Virus record (IMG/VR): IMGVR_UViG_3300007770_000580
Span: 1,829 to 65,828 of that record
DNA from: a virus
Lineage: Duplodnaviria > Caudoviricetes
DNA length: 64,000 nucleotides
Strand: one strand, 5' to 3'
The stretch's first letter is position 1; each line of letters begins with the position of its first letter. The notes beneath the pieces were generated by a model that was given only the letters and a program-made list of their open reading frames with translations, made no database searches and was not told the origin of the DNA. The position numbers and the translations under genes were made by a program. Shown here piece by piece: positions 40,578 to 50,051 of this stretch.

Positions 40578-41762
40578 ATGATTCTACGAAATGTCACAGT
40601 TGCTTTAACAAGCGGCCTAATATTATTAGGTTCAGCATATGCTGAATTACCAAGACAATCAACAACTTGGTCCTGGGCAACCAACACAGCATCATCTCAC
40701 ATTACACCGAATTATGGAATTGAAGAAATTGTTCCTAAAGTCATCCAATCTGTAGTATCAATAACAACAATGAAGACTTTGGAAATACAGGAAGAAGAAA
40801 TGGAAATAACTTCTGTACCTGAAGTTGTTCCGGAAGCTGAGGAAGATGCGCCACTAGAAGATTTTTTGAATGACTCATCAGCACAGAGTGAAATGAAACC
40901 AGGCGGTTATGGTTCTGGATTTTTTATTAGTGATAATTTAATTGTAACAAACCACCATGTAATTGAAGGTGGTGTTCAAAATGAATACCGTATTACTTTA
41001 CATGATAATCCATGGTATCAATATAAAGCAAAACTTATTTCTTTTGATGTGCAGACAGATATCGCGTTGTTAAAAATAATTATACCAGATCAAGCAATTT
41101 ATAGAACTAAACCACTAAAAATAGCATCAACAATGCCTAATTTAGGAGAGTCACTTTTTGCTATTGGCCATCCGCATGGTTTACGTTGGACAGTAACACG
41201 TGGCATTACAAGTGGTTTAAACAGATTAATTAATAATGTTTGGCAAACACTTCTACAAACAGATACCGCAGTTAATCCAGGCAACAGTGGCGGCCCATTA
41301 TTTAATATGCGTGGCGAAGTTGTTGGCGTTAATGTTATGATTCTTGGCCAAGATCCTGAAACAGGACAAGCAAATGAAACTGGTCTTAATTTTGCTATCA
41401 TGGGTGATACTGCTAGACATGTTATTAACGAATTGTTACAGTTTGATAGAGTTCGTAGACCAAGATTTGGTGTAGCGATATCTGATGTGGACGGATTTAA
41501 TTCAACAGGAATATTAATTACTGACGTTGAACCTGATTCTCCTGCAGAACGCGCCGGGTTTTTAGAAAACGATATTATTACTCATGCAAATGAAAACAAA
41601 TTTGCGAATACTAGAGAATTTTTTGATTGGTTTTCTAAGCAAATGCCAAACACTAGTGTCGCATTTACTGTTATAAGAGAAAGTAATAAAACAGGTGCCT
41701 CCAATACCATAACACTCAACGCGGTGTTTGACGAAAGATTACCAGAAACTGAAGAAGAATAA
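40578..41762 (+). CDS. htrA: HtrA/DegP-family serine protease with a PDZ domain
   Basis: GSGF, TNHHV, DIALL, GNSGGP; PDZ SPAERAG; signal peptide. Confidence 0.92.
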   Translation: MILRNVTVALTSGLILLGSAYAELPRQSTTWSWATNTASSHITPNYGIEEIVPKVIQSVVSITTMKTLEIQEEEMEITSVPEVVPEAEEDAPLEDFLNDSSAQSEMKPGGYGSGFFISDNLIVTNHHVIEGGVQNEYRITLHDNPWYQYKAKLISFDVQTDIALLKIIIPDQAIYRTKPLKIASTMPNLGESLFAIGHPHGLRWTVTRGITSGLNRLINNVWQTLLQTDTAVNPGNSGGPLFNMRGEVVGVNVMILGQDPETGQANETGLNFAIMGDTARHVINELLQFDRVRRPRFGVAISDVDGFNSTGILITDVEPDSPAERAGFLENDIITHANENKFANTREFFDWFSKQMPNTSVAFTVIRESNKTGASNTITLNAVFDERLPETEEE

Positions 41763-41772
41763 TTTAATTAAA

Positions 41773-41797
41773 AAAATACCCGCTACGCGGGTATTTT
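41773..41797. terminator. Bidirectional rho-independent terminator
   Basis: aaaatacccgc-tac-gcgggtatttt between convergent genes. Confidence 0.85.
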
Positions 41798-41891
41798 AGT
41801 TTTGTAAATATCGTTTAACGTCTCCCAAGTCCTAAAGACTTACGCAGTCGACTATATCATTATTATATTCCGTATTAATTAAAGTTTAATT

Positions 41892-42077
41892 TTAGTATCG
41901 TTCTCTTATTTTCATCTTATTTTCACCGTTTAACTCATTGTTGACTAACATTATAACATATTTTGCGTCATCAATTAATAAATTCTTCTCAATAATATCA
42001 GTTGTTTCAATAGCCTGTTCTAGTTTTTTTTGAATTTTTGTTACCAATTCTAAAGTGTCTTTGATGTTGTGAAGCAC
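41892..42077 (-). CDS. Hypothetical protein
   Basis: Short ORF with a GAGG RBS. Confidence 0.5.
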   Translation of the reverse strand: MLHNIKDTLELVTKIQKKLEQAIETTDIIEKNLLIDDAKYVIMLVNNELNGENKMKIRERY

Positions 42078-42108
42078 ATTTAACCCTCACTATTATAATA
42101 GTACTTAG

Positions 42109-42324
42109 TTAAATATCAAATCTATTCTCTAAAATACGGTTCAAATCTTTAATTCCTTTCGATACAGTTTTTTCAAATACAAAAGGGAATACAGCATGAA
42201 TTATACCGGCAATTGCTAAACACACTAATACAATTACAAATCTTAGTGCGTTTATCATATGCTCCAGATAAGATTCACCGATACTTTCTGGATGTTCAGT
42301 AAATAACTTCAAAAGCTTATCCAT
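42109..42324 (-). CDS. Small membrane protein (DUF6356-like)
   Basis: FTEHPESIGESYLEH...GIIHAVFPF. Confidence 0.7.
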   Translation of the reverse strand: MDKLLKLFTEHPESIGESYLEHMINALRFVIVLVCLAIAGIIHAVFPFVFEKTVSKGIKDLNRILENRFDI

Positions 42325-42334
42325 CTTACTCTAT

Positions 42335-42715
42335 TCATTCTGCTGGTCTATCTGGCTTTTCCGCTGAAGGATCTTGAGCAGGAAGATTTCGTTGTCCCCA
42401 TTTTGCAAAGGTTATAAACAGTTCTTCGTACTCTGGGCCAAGTCCGGCATATTTTCGTAATACTGCTCTTTCTTTTTTCCCTTGTGCGTAAGAACGTCGA
42501 TCATCAGCCATCATGTAAGTCCAATCATGCTTATCTAATAAATCCCAGAATTGCTGTAGCGTGATATTATCTTCGCCATTAAATTCATTTATTCTCATTT
42601 CTACATTCCTTTCATCTGGTACTGTACCATAGCCAACTGCTCTATCCCATGCTCTCTGTGTATAATAATACGAGTCTGGATACTTACGATGCTGAGTAGA
42701 TTCTTTCATAGTCAT
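42335..42715 (-). CDS. Hypothetical protein
   Basis: HDWTYMMADD motif. Confidence 0.6.
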   Translation of the reverse strand: MTMKESTQHRKYPDSYYYTQRAWDRAVGYGTVPDERNVEMRINEFNGEDNITLQQFWDLLDKHDWTYMMADDRRSYAQGKKERAVLRKYAGLGPEYEELFITFAKWGQRNLPAQDPSAEKPDRPAE

Positions 42716-42923
42716 TTGGCTCGGTTCCCACTTTCATTAACGAAGCAATCACCTCATCATTAACAACATAATCATAACTTTTGTCTGCTATAACAATGTT
42801 AATTTTTGCCTCTTTGTTAGGAAAGTATTCCTCCCATAATCTTGTTGCTTTGTTTATTGTATCGACCTTATGAATAGTTTCAAACATAACCCTATTCACA
42901 TGATCTGCCATTTGTACGTACAT
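42684..42923 (-). CDS. Hypothetical protein
   Basis: AAGGA RBS; operon context. Confidence 0.5.
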   Translation of the reverse strand: MYVQMADHVNRVMFETIHKVDTINKATRLWEEYFPNKEAKINIVIADKSYDYVVNDEVIASLMKVGTEPNDYERIYSAS

Positions 42924-42938
42924 ACTTCTTCCTTATAT

Positions 42939-43904
42939 TTAGTTTTTAATAGTGCCAGATTTCCAGTCAAACGTTTCACCCATTCCCATATCACCAAATA
43001 TAAATGAGTGTTCTTTCCAGTCACCATTGCTATCTTTGTATTTAATTCCCACGGTCTGATCTTTTAATTTTTGGCCAGGTTTGGATGTAACAGTTATATC
43101 AAATGAATCCTTGCTAACTCCAATTTCAGTAATTGTGTCAGTGAGCAAATCCTTGACCCATTTGTCATTGCCGCCAGGCATATAGCCATATGATTTATTA
43201 CAACTAACGGCCCTACATTTACTGCCATCTCCTGCTCGCTTGGCATAAAATTGATTCCAGCCCTGTTTATTAAAACTGTTTGTCACAGTATTGCAACCCA
43301 TATCAGTTAATTGACTTACTAAAACATCTTTAGCCGTTTGTCCTTTTTTCGGGCTGGACAAATACTTTGATCTAATTCCTCCTGGTTTCCCCAATGCAGT
43401 ATTACTATTAGCCTTACAAAATGATTCGCCTTTATTGGGATCATTAAGTTTACTAGGTTTCGCCGCCGCTGTTCCTGCTGTACCTGTTGAACAATTTGGT
43501 AGATATTGTGCTATTCCTGGAGTACCTGAACATTGCCAGTTTGAACATGCGCTAGGCGTAAAGGTTATTTTCTCACCATGTAAATCTGCAACAGCATTCT
43601 TTCCAAATTCAACAATTACTTTACCGTCTTCTACTACTACATTATCTGAATAATCGCCAAATATATTTTTAGGTATTGGCAATCCTGCGTCTGCGTTGTC
43701 TGTCGGCAATCTTCCTTCTAATTGACAAATAAGAGCAACACTTGTTTTCGCAGGAGCAGTAATCACAAAACCCTCCGACATTTGAGTTCTTAAGATATAT
43801 TTGTCATACATTGGTATTGCTATAGATGCAAGAACACCAATGATTGCAACTGTTATCATTAACTCAATAAGAGTGAATCCTTTCTGGAAATATCTCTTTA
43901 TCAT
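42939..43904 (-). CDS. Type IVa major-pilin-like protein with a C-terminal extension
   Basis: Prepilin site QKG|FTLIELMITVAIIGVLASIAIP; pilin core with W.C; about 180-aa Cys-containing extra domain. Confidence 0.85.
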   Translation of the reverse strand: MIKRYFQKGFTLIELMITVAIIGVLASIAIPMYDKYILRTQMSEGFVITAPAKTSVALICQLEGRLPTDNADAGLPIPKNIFGDYSDNVVVEDGKVIVEFGKNAVADLHGEKITFTPSACSNWQCSGTPGIAQYLPNCSTGTAGTAAAKPSKLNDPNKGESFCKANSNTALGKPGGIRSKYLSSPKKGQTAKDVLVSQLTDMGCNTVTNSFNKQGWNQFYAKRAGDGSKCRAVSCNKSYGYMPGGNDKWVKDLLTDTITEIGVSKDSFDITVTSKPGQKLKDQTVGIKYKDSNGDWKEHSFIFGDMGMGETFDWKSGTIKN

Positions 43905-44082
43905 CTTCTGCAAATTTAACAGTTGGATAGTTGATGTGCTCAAACTCGATATGTAATCGATCTGCGATTATTGTAAGGTCTGATCCTATACTCACAAGTT
44001 TACTAAACAATTTAAACAATTGTTCTGATTCTTTTCGTGCTTCGTAATCAATCATTTGGTAGACTACTCTTTTCTTTTTCAA
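43864..44082 (-). CDS. Hypothetical protein (start probably MIDYE)
   Basis: Operon context. Confidence 0.45.
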   Translation of the reverse strand: MKKKRVVYQMIDYEARKESEQLFKLFSKLVSIGSDLTIIADRLHIEFEHINYPTVKFAEDDKEIFPERIHSY

Positions 44083-44248
44083 TAACCCAATTTAAAAATT
44101 CGTTAAAATCGGTTGTTTTCCCTTCCTGCCATTTATTCCAATAATATGTTATATTATTTTCATGCATATAGGTAACCGAGTTTAATAATACCTCGTCAAA
44201 TTCCTCTATTGTTTCGGGAACCGCTGTTTTGTCAGTAATCACATTCAT
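44048..44248 (-). CDS. Hypothetical protein (leaderless)
   Basis: ATG 6 nt after TATAAT. Confidence 0.6.
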   Translation of the reverse strand: MNVITDKTAVPETIEEFDEVLLNSVTYMHENNITYYWNKWQEGKTTDFNEFLNWVIEKEKSSLPND

Positions 44249-44310
44249 ATTACAATTATAACAAGAAACATAGTATTTGTCATTTTTCTTGTTATTCTAA
44301 GTGCTTGATT
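44249..44310 (-). promoter_or_regulatory. Sigma70 promoter (ATGACA-17-TATAAT) with an IHF-like box 14 bp upstream
   Basis: AATCAAGCACTTA at 44310-44298; -35 at 44283-44278; -10 at 44260-44255. Confidence 0.75.
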
Positions 44311-44326
44311 TTAAAGGGATTTTAAA

Positions 44327-44623
44327 TTATTTCTTATTGTGAATTCTTTGTGCATCCATAAATTCTTGAATAAGAATTTGTTTCTGACGTCTACCATCTA
44401 ATTTAACATCGTAGAGTTCCAAAGCCAAATTATCAATTTGCTTTTTTGTCATTTCATTTAATTGTTTTTTGGTATAACGCTTTTTCTTAGTTTCTTTAGC
44501 GGCCTTTGGTTTTGCTTCAGGTGCCGGCGCTGGTTTTACTACTGGTTTTACTGGCTCTTCGAAAACAGGTCCTGGTTTTTTACTAGTTTCGATACCAAAT
44601 AATGATTTAATAAATTCAAACAT
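44327..44623 (-). CDS. Hypothetical protein with a Rho-N-like helical tail
   Basis: L.EMTKKQID.LA....VKLD.R..K..LI. Confidence 0.55.
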   Translation of the reverse strand: MFEFIKSLFGIETSKKPGPVFEEPVKPVVKPAPAPEAKPKAAKETKKKRYTKKQLNEMTKKQIDNLALELYDVKLDGRRQKQILIQEFMDAQRIHNKK

Positions 44624-44652
44624 AGATAATTCTCCAATAAAATAATGTGCTA

Positions 44653-45849
44653 TTATTTATGACTCAAAGAATGACTTTCTAAATTAGTGATCCACGAATT
44701 TAAAAACCCGTCTACATCTTTTAACTGCTTATATCTATGAAAATCTTGTGATTCTATTTCTAATTTTAATAATTTATGTGTATTTTTGTTATAATTATCT
44801 TCGCTATATTTTTTAATCAACGAGTCAATAATTAATTTGAAAGATCCTGCTCGATGAGGTGCTATTGTATAGTTTTTTAATAGTGTTAAGTTATCAATAT
44901 AGTTTTGCCTTTCAGACATAGGTACTGTTATATGTGTCCACATATCTCCCCGTACATGCGAAATATTAATATCTTTAGTATATTGACTCATCCATTCTAC
45001 AGTTTTGTAAATGGTGTGTGTAACTATGTTTGAAGCCACTAGATTAAACATTATATGATTACTATTATCTTTACAAAATTTTACATTTTCTTCAAACTGT
45101 TGCCAATTGAGAGGGAATCGCACATAGCACCCTAGGTCCTCTATAGCATCACACGATATAGTAACTGTAAAATTTTTAAATTTAGGTATAAATTCTTTCC
45201 ATTCTTTAGATAAGCTTTTTAAATTAGTGTTCATTACTATTTCGCATTCTGGATTAACTACTAATAATTCTTTTAAAAATTCTAAATATTTTTTATTATA
45301 TGTGGGTTCTCCACCTGCCATATAAACTTTTTTTAACTTCTTTTTATTATATTTGTTTAAATCATAATCAGGCAAGGTTAATGACACCCCTCTTTCTTTG
45401 GCCCACAATGTACTTGCTTTTGGACCACAAGTTTTACATTTTAAATTACAAGTAGGATCATTTCTTATATCGATGTATTGTATATCTACAATATTAACAT
45501 CAGGTGCTTGGTATTTTTTAAGCCAGTGTATAGTTTCAACAAGCCTAGGACTGATTTCTCTCTGTGCTTCTTGTGTATAACACGGTTGACAAGCACTAGG
45601 TAGTTGTCCTTCTAACATCATTGTTCTAATAGTGCTTAAGGTTTCTTCTGCTGTTAGTTCATGGCTATGACAACAGTGTCTTTTATTTCCTCGAAGATCT
45701 AGATGTTCGTGTACCCATGGCAATACACAGATTGCTTTATTATTGATTACATCAAATTGATTCATTATTGCTATATTAGTTAGTTTATACTCTGATAATG
45801 ACTTCACTTTCCCAGTCACCAAAAAACTGTTCCCAACTTCTATGATCAA
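44653..45849 (-). CDS. Radical SAM/twitch protein (true start probably MNQF)
   Basis: CVLPWVH..CC, CNLKCKTC, GGEP. Confidence 0.85.
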   Translation of the reverse strand: MIIEVGNSFLVTGKVKSLSEYKLTNIAIMNQFDVINNKAICVLPWVHEHLDLRGNKRHCCHSHELTAEETLSTIRTMMLEGQLPSACQPCYTQEAQREISPRLVETIHWLKKYQAPDVNIVDIQYIDIRNDPTCNLKCKTCGPKASTLWAKERGVSLTLPDYDLNKYNKKKLKKVYMAGGEPTYNKKYLEFLKELLVVNPECEIVMNTNLKSLSKEWKEFIPKFKNFTVTISCDAIEDLGCYVRFPLNWQQFEENVKFCKDNSNHIMFNLVASNIVTHTIYKTVEWMSQYTKDINISHVRGDMWTHITVPMSERQNYIDNLTLLKNYTIAPHRAGSFKLIIDSLIKKYSEDNYNKNTHKLLKLEIESQDFHRYKQLKDVDGFLNSWITNLESHSLSHK

Positions 45850-46339
45850 TGAGAATTGGAAACTTTTTTCTGTTTGCTAGTAACTGGTGATAATTTGGAC
45901 GGAAAGGCCACCATTTAGGTTGCCATATACCTATAGGATCTTTATTGCCTTTTAATGAATTACATTTTGTGCAGGATGAAACAATGTTCTCCCATGTTTT
46001 TTGTCCACCTTCTCGCCTGGGAATAACATGGTCATAAGTAAGTTCACGTATTGTTATAGGTTTTTCGCAATATACGCAAAGGCCGTGATCGCGATAATAC
46101 AATGATTCGCGTTTTAATTTTAAAACATTTTTAACATTAATATATGTATTGCGGGCAATTACACTAGGCCAATTCATATCTAAACTTGGTGATAAAATCT
46201 TTCTATCGTAATCAAATACCGAATGGCATCTATCATTGAAAATTCTACCCACAGCATCTTCCACTGGAATGGTGTGCAGTGGTAATAAAGATATTGGCAT
46301 GTAAGAGGCATTAAGAACTAGTGTTCGTAAACCTATCAT
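45785..46339 (-). CDS. HNH endonuclease (McrA-like)
   Basis: LVLNASY.P, RD...CVYC, TYDHVIP..GG...WENIV.SC..CN..K. Confidence 0.9.
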   Translation of the reverse strand: MIGLRTLVLNASYMPISLLPLHTIPVEDAVGRIFNDRCHSVFDYDRKILSPSLDMNWPSVIARNTYINVKNVLKLKRESLYYRDHGLCVYCEKPITIRELTYDHVIPRREGGQKTWENIVSSCTKCNSLKGNKDPIGIWQPKWWPFRPNYHQLLANRKKFPILIDHRSWEQFFGDWESEVIIRV

Positions 46340-46397
46340 ATTTTCTCCCTATTCATAATTATTTATTTGCTGTAGTGTCGCATTATAATATACTAAA

Positions 46398-46487
46398 TGG
46401 CGGAGAGGGAGAGATTCGAACTCTCGAAGGGCGTTAACCCTTGCTGGTTTTCAAGACCAGTGCGATCAACCACTCCGCCACCTCTCC
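46398..46487 (-). tRNA. tRNA-Ser(TGA)
   Basis: Cloverleaf with long variable arm; encoded CCA. Confidence 0.92.
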
Positions 46488-46494
46488 CAAAATG

Positions 46495-46579
46495 TGGTGC
46501 CCCGGGGGAGATTCGAACTCCCACGTCATATGACACGGGCTTCTAAGACCCGCACGGCTACCAGTTACGTCACCGGGGC
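46495..46579 (-). tRNA. tRNA-Leu(TAG)
   Basis: Cloverleaf; loop CTTAGAA; CCA. Confidence 0.92.
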
Positions 46580-46698
46580 AATAAATTTATATTTGGCTAA
46601 CACTTTCCTTACGGTTCCGACACTCCCCCAATTATAATCTAATTCTTTTAGTTGGGCATATTATTATTTACTTTAAAATATTTTTCTGTCAAAAAAAT

Positions 46699-46775
46699 AG
46701 GCGACAGTCAAACGCTATGCTCCGAAGGTAAAATATATAATTGGGGCCTTGGGCGTATTGTTTAACTATCGCCTT
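46699..46775 (-). ncRNA. Candidate structured RNA closed by a 14-bp stem
   Basis: aggcgatagttaaa/tttgactgtcgcct pairs with G-U only on the minus strand; followed by a U-tract. Confidence 0.4.
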
Positions 46776-46798
46776 AAAAAGTATACTAAGTATACTTT

Positions 46799-47092
46799 TT
46801 ATTTCTTTTGATTCACAAAATCATAGAATTTTTGTGCTGTTTCCATGATTTGTTCTACGCCGGGAACTTGTGGCATCTCAACTTTTGTCACTAATTCATC
46901 GTGTTCCTTCTTGACAGAAGTTTCGAATTGTCCCCATTTTGCGTAATAATCATTAGTTACGAAATCCTTGGCCATGCCAAGCAATTCTGTTCTGATCTCA
47001 TAACCATTTTTGTTAATGGTTACTTGTGGTAGTTTGGCTGCTTCTGTAAAAGCCTGCCATGGTGTTTCTGGTGATTTTTTTGTATTGCTCAT
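46799..47092 (-). CDS. Conserved phage protein (KNGYEIR family)
   Basis: AC-rich leader and AAGGAG RBS. Confidence 0.75.
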   Translation of the reverse strand: MSNTKKSPETPWQAFTEAAKLPQVTINKNGYEIRTELLGMAKDFVTNDYYAKWGQFETSVKKEHDELVTKVEMPQVPGVEQIMETAQKFYDFVNQKK

Positions 47093-47142
47093 CTTAATCT
47101 CCTTGTATGTGTGTATGTTGTGTAACTAAAATAAAGGACTAG

Positions 47143-47322
47143 TTACTTTTCCTCTGGATCGTTTCGTCTTTGTTTCGCCTCGTTTAAAAGTCTGTTGTAA
47201 TGGTATTCCCAATCATTCCTATATTCTGTTCTTGCCCAAACCAAATAAGCATGATGTAGTTCATTACTACTTTTAAAGTTGCTACCAATCCATCGACGAA
47301 CATTGCGTAACGCATTGCACAT
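47143..47322 (-). CDS. Small hypothetical protein, 59 aa, missing from the ORF track (MCNALRNVRRW...WARTEYRNDWEY...)
   Basis: Hand-translated; ACACACACAGGAG leader; TTGACA-17-TATAAT promoter. Confidence 0.75.
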   Translation of the reverse strand: MCNALRNVRRWIGSNFKSSNELHHAYLVWARTEYRNDWEYHYNRLLNEAKQRRNDPEEK

Positions 47323-47350
47323 TGTCCGTTTCTCCTGTGTGTGTTTAATT

Positions 47351-47379
47351 ATTATATTAAAAAATTAGCATTTTGTCAA
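47351..47379 (-). promoter_or_regulatory. Consensus sigma70 promoter TTGACA-17-TATAAT
   Basis: Read directly. Confidence 0.8.
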
Positions 47380-47424
47380 TAAAAATGCCAGTTTATTTAT
47401 ATAAATCCCTACCAAAACGATAGT

Positions 47425-48546
47425 CTATTTATAATCTGCTCTTAATTTGTAAACGTTTTTGATATAATTATTTCGTTCCTGTATTTTCTCTTCATCATCT
47501 TCCATATCTGTAACAGATCGTATAATTTGATTAAGTTCTTTTAATTCATAATCATAACACATAGACTTGATATCCAACCTGGATACTTTTTCTAGAAAAA
47601 TATCACGTTCTTCCTGATTAGTACAAAAAATAGACAATGGTTTAGGAAAAAATACTTGAGGAAATACTATTGAGCAGCCCGGAGTATTCTTTTTAGCCCA
47701 CTCAATAAAATCAGTAAGACAACCCAAGTTTTGTACCTGGACAGTATAAAAGTATCTCATATGGGTTCCTAGGATGTCATATGTTTTAAGTGCATTCCTT
47801 TCAAATTTCTCCCATTGTGCTGGCCAACGTATGCTATTATATGTTTCTCCTATGCCATCTACACTTACGTTGAGAAGTATTTTTTTATACTGGTCTTTCC
47901 ATCTTTTTAATGCATCTAGTTTAACAACAGTAAGATTAGTAAAAAAATCTAATTCAATTCTTTGCTTATTTGGAATACTTTCAATAAATTCTGTGTACTC
48001 ATTCCCATAGAAAGGCTCCCCGCCTTGCAAGGTAAGAAATCTTAATTCATCTAGATTTTTATTAATTAAATTAATTTGATCTTCTTCTATTAAAATCTCA
48101 TTATCTTTTATGCCTTCTAGTTTACCCCAAAGGCTGCTAACACCAGGCCAACACATTGTACATGCTAGATTACATTTATTATGTAATCTAATATCCAGTT
48201 TAACAATTTTTCCGATTTGTTCTGTTGGCCAGTGATGTAGTCGCGCTTCAACAATTTCTTGTTGTCTTAAACTGTCGACTCCGGCTTTTTCCTTTATCCA
48301 ACAGAAATGGCATTCAGGAATTTCTACGCCTTGTTTTAGAAGATCATGCTTTTTGTTTATTGTTTTTCTGTAACGATCTATAGTGGAGTAATCATCAGAC
48401 TGGGTATCGTAAACTTTTGCGGGATCATTGGGCTGACCCGACGCTCCTAATTCATTATTAACTGCGTAATTACAACATGGATAATGTCGGCCAAGATGGT
48501 CTATCATCAATTGATGGTCCATTAATGGACAATAAAGAGATTTCAT
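47425..48546 (-). CDS. Radical SAM/twitch protein
   Basis: YCP..PCC, CHFC, CNLACTMC, GGEP, SVDG. Confidence 0.85.
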   Translation of the reverse strand: MKSLYCPLMDHQLMIDHLGRHYPCCNYAVNNELGASGQPNDPAKVYDTQSDDYSTIDRYRKTINKKHDLLKQGVEIPECHFCWIKEKAGVDSLRQQEIVEARLHHWPTEQIGKIVKLDIRLHNKCNLACTMCWPGVSSLWGKLEGIKDNEILIEEDQINLINKNLDELRFLTLQGGEPFYGNEYTEFIESIPNKQRIELDFFTNLTVVKLDALKRWKDQYKKILLNVSVDGIGETYNSIRWPAQWEKFERNALKTYDILGTHMRYFYTVQVQNLGCLTDFIEWAKKNTPGCSIVFPQVFFPKPLSIFCTNQEERDIFLEKVSRLDIKSMCYDYELKELNQIIRSVTDMEDDEEKIQERNNYIKNVYKLRADYK

Positions 48547-48597
48547 TATACCTATTTATTCGTACTCGTAGTTAAAGAAACAGTTTCTAATAAAAAT

Positions 48598-49347
48598 TTA
48601 ACTGTATGGATAGCCTGACGTATGGACTAATATGAAATTTTTTTGCAAAATGCCATGCTTTCTAAAATTTACTGATGTATGATATTGCTTTTTATCAAAA
48701 GCAAGCGCAACACCTTTTTCCCATTGCAATATGTCCTCGACTTCAAGATAATCTAATATACACTTATTATCATAATATACGTTCATATGTATATGGCTAT
48801 AATCGTCATAGTCTATGCCATACTTGTTATTATGTAACTTCCAATCCTTGGCTACTATTCCATCATTATACCACCCTTGAGTTTTTTCTAATAATTCATT
48901 ATTTCCAGTTGCTTTTTGTTTGAATATAATAGTTTCGCAATGTGGCCCATATGTTTCAATTGGTAATATGATAGAATATCCCGGAGCATCGTCGTGAGAC
49001 GAATGACCCGTATACAAATAATAAACATCGTCACCTAGCGTAGGATCAAATTCACTATCTACATGCATGCCAAGAGGTATATGCTCTGCTTTCATGAAAG
49101 CAGAATAGTTAGTATAATCTATTTCTAGATAATCTAATATTTCTTCTATTTTGTTATAGAAATCTCCACAGTCTGGCGCCCATCGTTCCCACATCAAAGT
49201 AGGTTCTGTTAAGCCATAAGTAGCTAACACGCCAAGTTCTGGTTCAACCCAGTTTTCATCAAATTTATGTTTATTTTCTTTGAAAAAAATAGTAAAATAG
49301 TCTGTTAGATGTTTTGAAAGTTTTTTACTAAGCGTTGTAAATGTCAT
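48598..49347 (-). CDS. Cupin/2OG-Fe(II) oxygenase-like protein
   Basis: HVD, W.KG..LAFD..QYH. Confidence 0.5.
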   Translation of the reverse strand: MTFTTLSKKLSKHLTDYFTIFFKENKHKFDENWVEPELGVLATYGLTEPTLMWERWAPDCGDFYNKIEEILDYLEIDYTNYSAFMKAEHIPLGMHVDSEFDPTLGDDVYYLYTGHSSHDDAPGYSIILPIETYGPHCETIIFKQKATGNNELLEKTQGWYNDGIVAKDWKLHNNKYGIDYDDYSHIHMNVYYDNKCILDYLEVEDILQWEKGVALAFDKKQYHTSVNFRKHGILQKNFILVHTSGYPYS

Positions 49348-49349
49348 AA

Positions 49350-50051
49350 TTATATTTCTCTTGATAATAAAGTGGAATAATCTTCTTGATAATTGACGTT
49401 AAAGAATTCACCTTTAAGGTTATATGCGTGAATAATCTCATTATTATTTATTGCAGTTTGAATTACTTCTGGGTAATTTGTTTGTGTAGAAATATAATCT
49501 AGGACAGATTTTTTAAACATTCCATAGCCAGTGCCATGCCAATTGTTGATAATCTTAGTAGGTTTTTCAACTAAGTTTTTTACTCTAATATTATCTTCAA
49601 ACTCTATAGAAAAACATTTCTTAATTCTTTCTTCAGTTCCATTTGTATATGCACCAATCACGCCAAATGAATCATAACCATAAAAGAAGTCAAGCATATG
49701 TTCTATATCATTGTTAAGTGCAAGTTCGTCTCCAAAGCAAGTAATAAAGTCGTTATCATCTATAATATCAGACACTATAGTTAAAGCATATTTAAGTGAT
49801 GATACAACACCATCTGTATTGTGTAAAAATATAACTTGTGGAAACACTTGAGAAATTTCTTTTTTAGTGTGTTCACTGTCGTAACCTGTTACTACAAACA
49901 CGTCACTACATAATGGAAGGAGCATTTCAATGTTATAAAATATTAGTGGCTTGTCTTTATATAGTAAAAGACTTTTATTAGTAGGATTACTAAAACGTGT
50001 TCCTCTGCCGCCAGCAATTATTATTCCTTTCATGGTATTTGTGACTCCCAC
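49350..50051 (-). CDS. Sugar-phosphate nucleotidyltransferase (RmlA-like)
   Basis: GIIIAGGRGTR, NK.LL, VEKP. Confidence 0.82.
   Translation of the reverse strand: MGVTNTMKGIIIAGGRGTRFSNPTNKSLLLYKDKPLIFYNIEMLLPLCSDVFVVTGYDSEHTKKEISQVFPQVIFLHNTDGVVSSLKYALTIVSDIIDDNDFITCFGDELALNNDIEHMLDFFYGYDSFGVIGAYTNGTEERIKKCFSIEFEDNIRVKNLVEKPTKIINNWHGTGYGMFKKSVLDYISTQTNYPEVIQTAINNNEIIHAYNLKGEFFNVNYQEDYSTLLSREI

Noticed and set aside
41800-41870. GATATAGTC resembling a group I intron P7/S element
   Set aside because: No matching upstream core elements and no interrupted gene.
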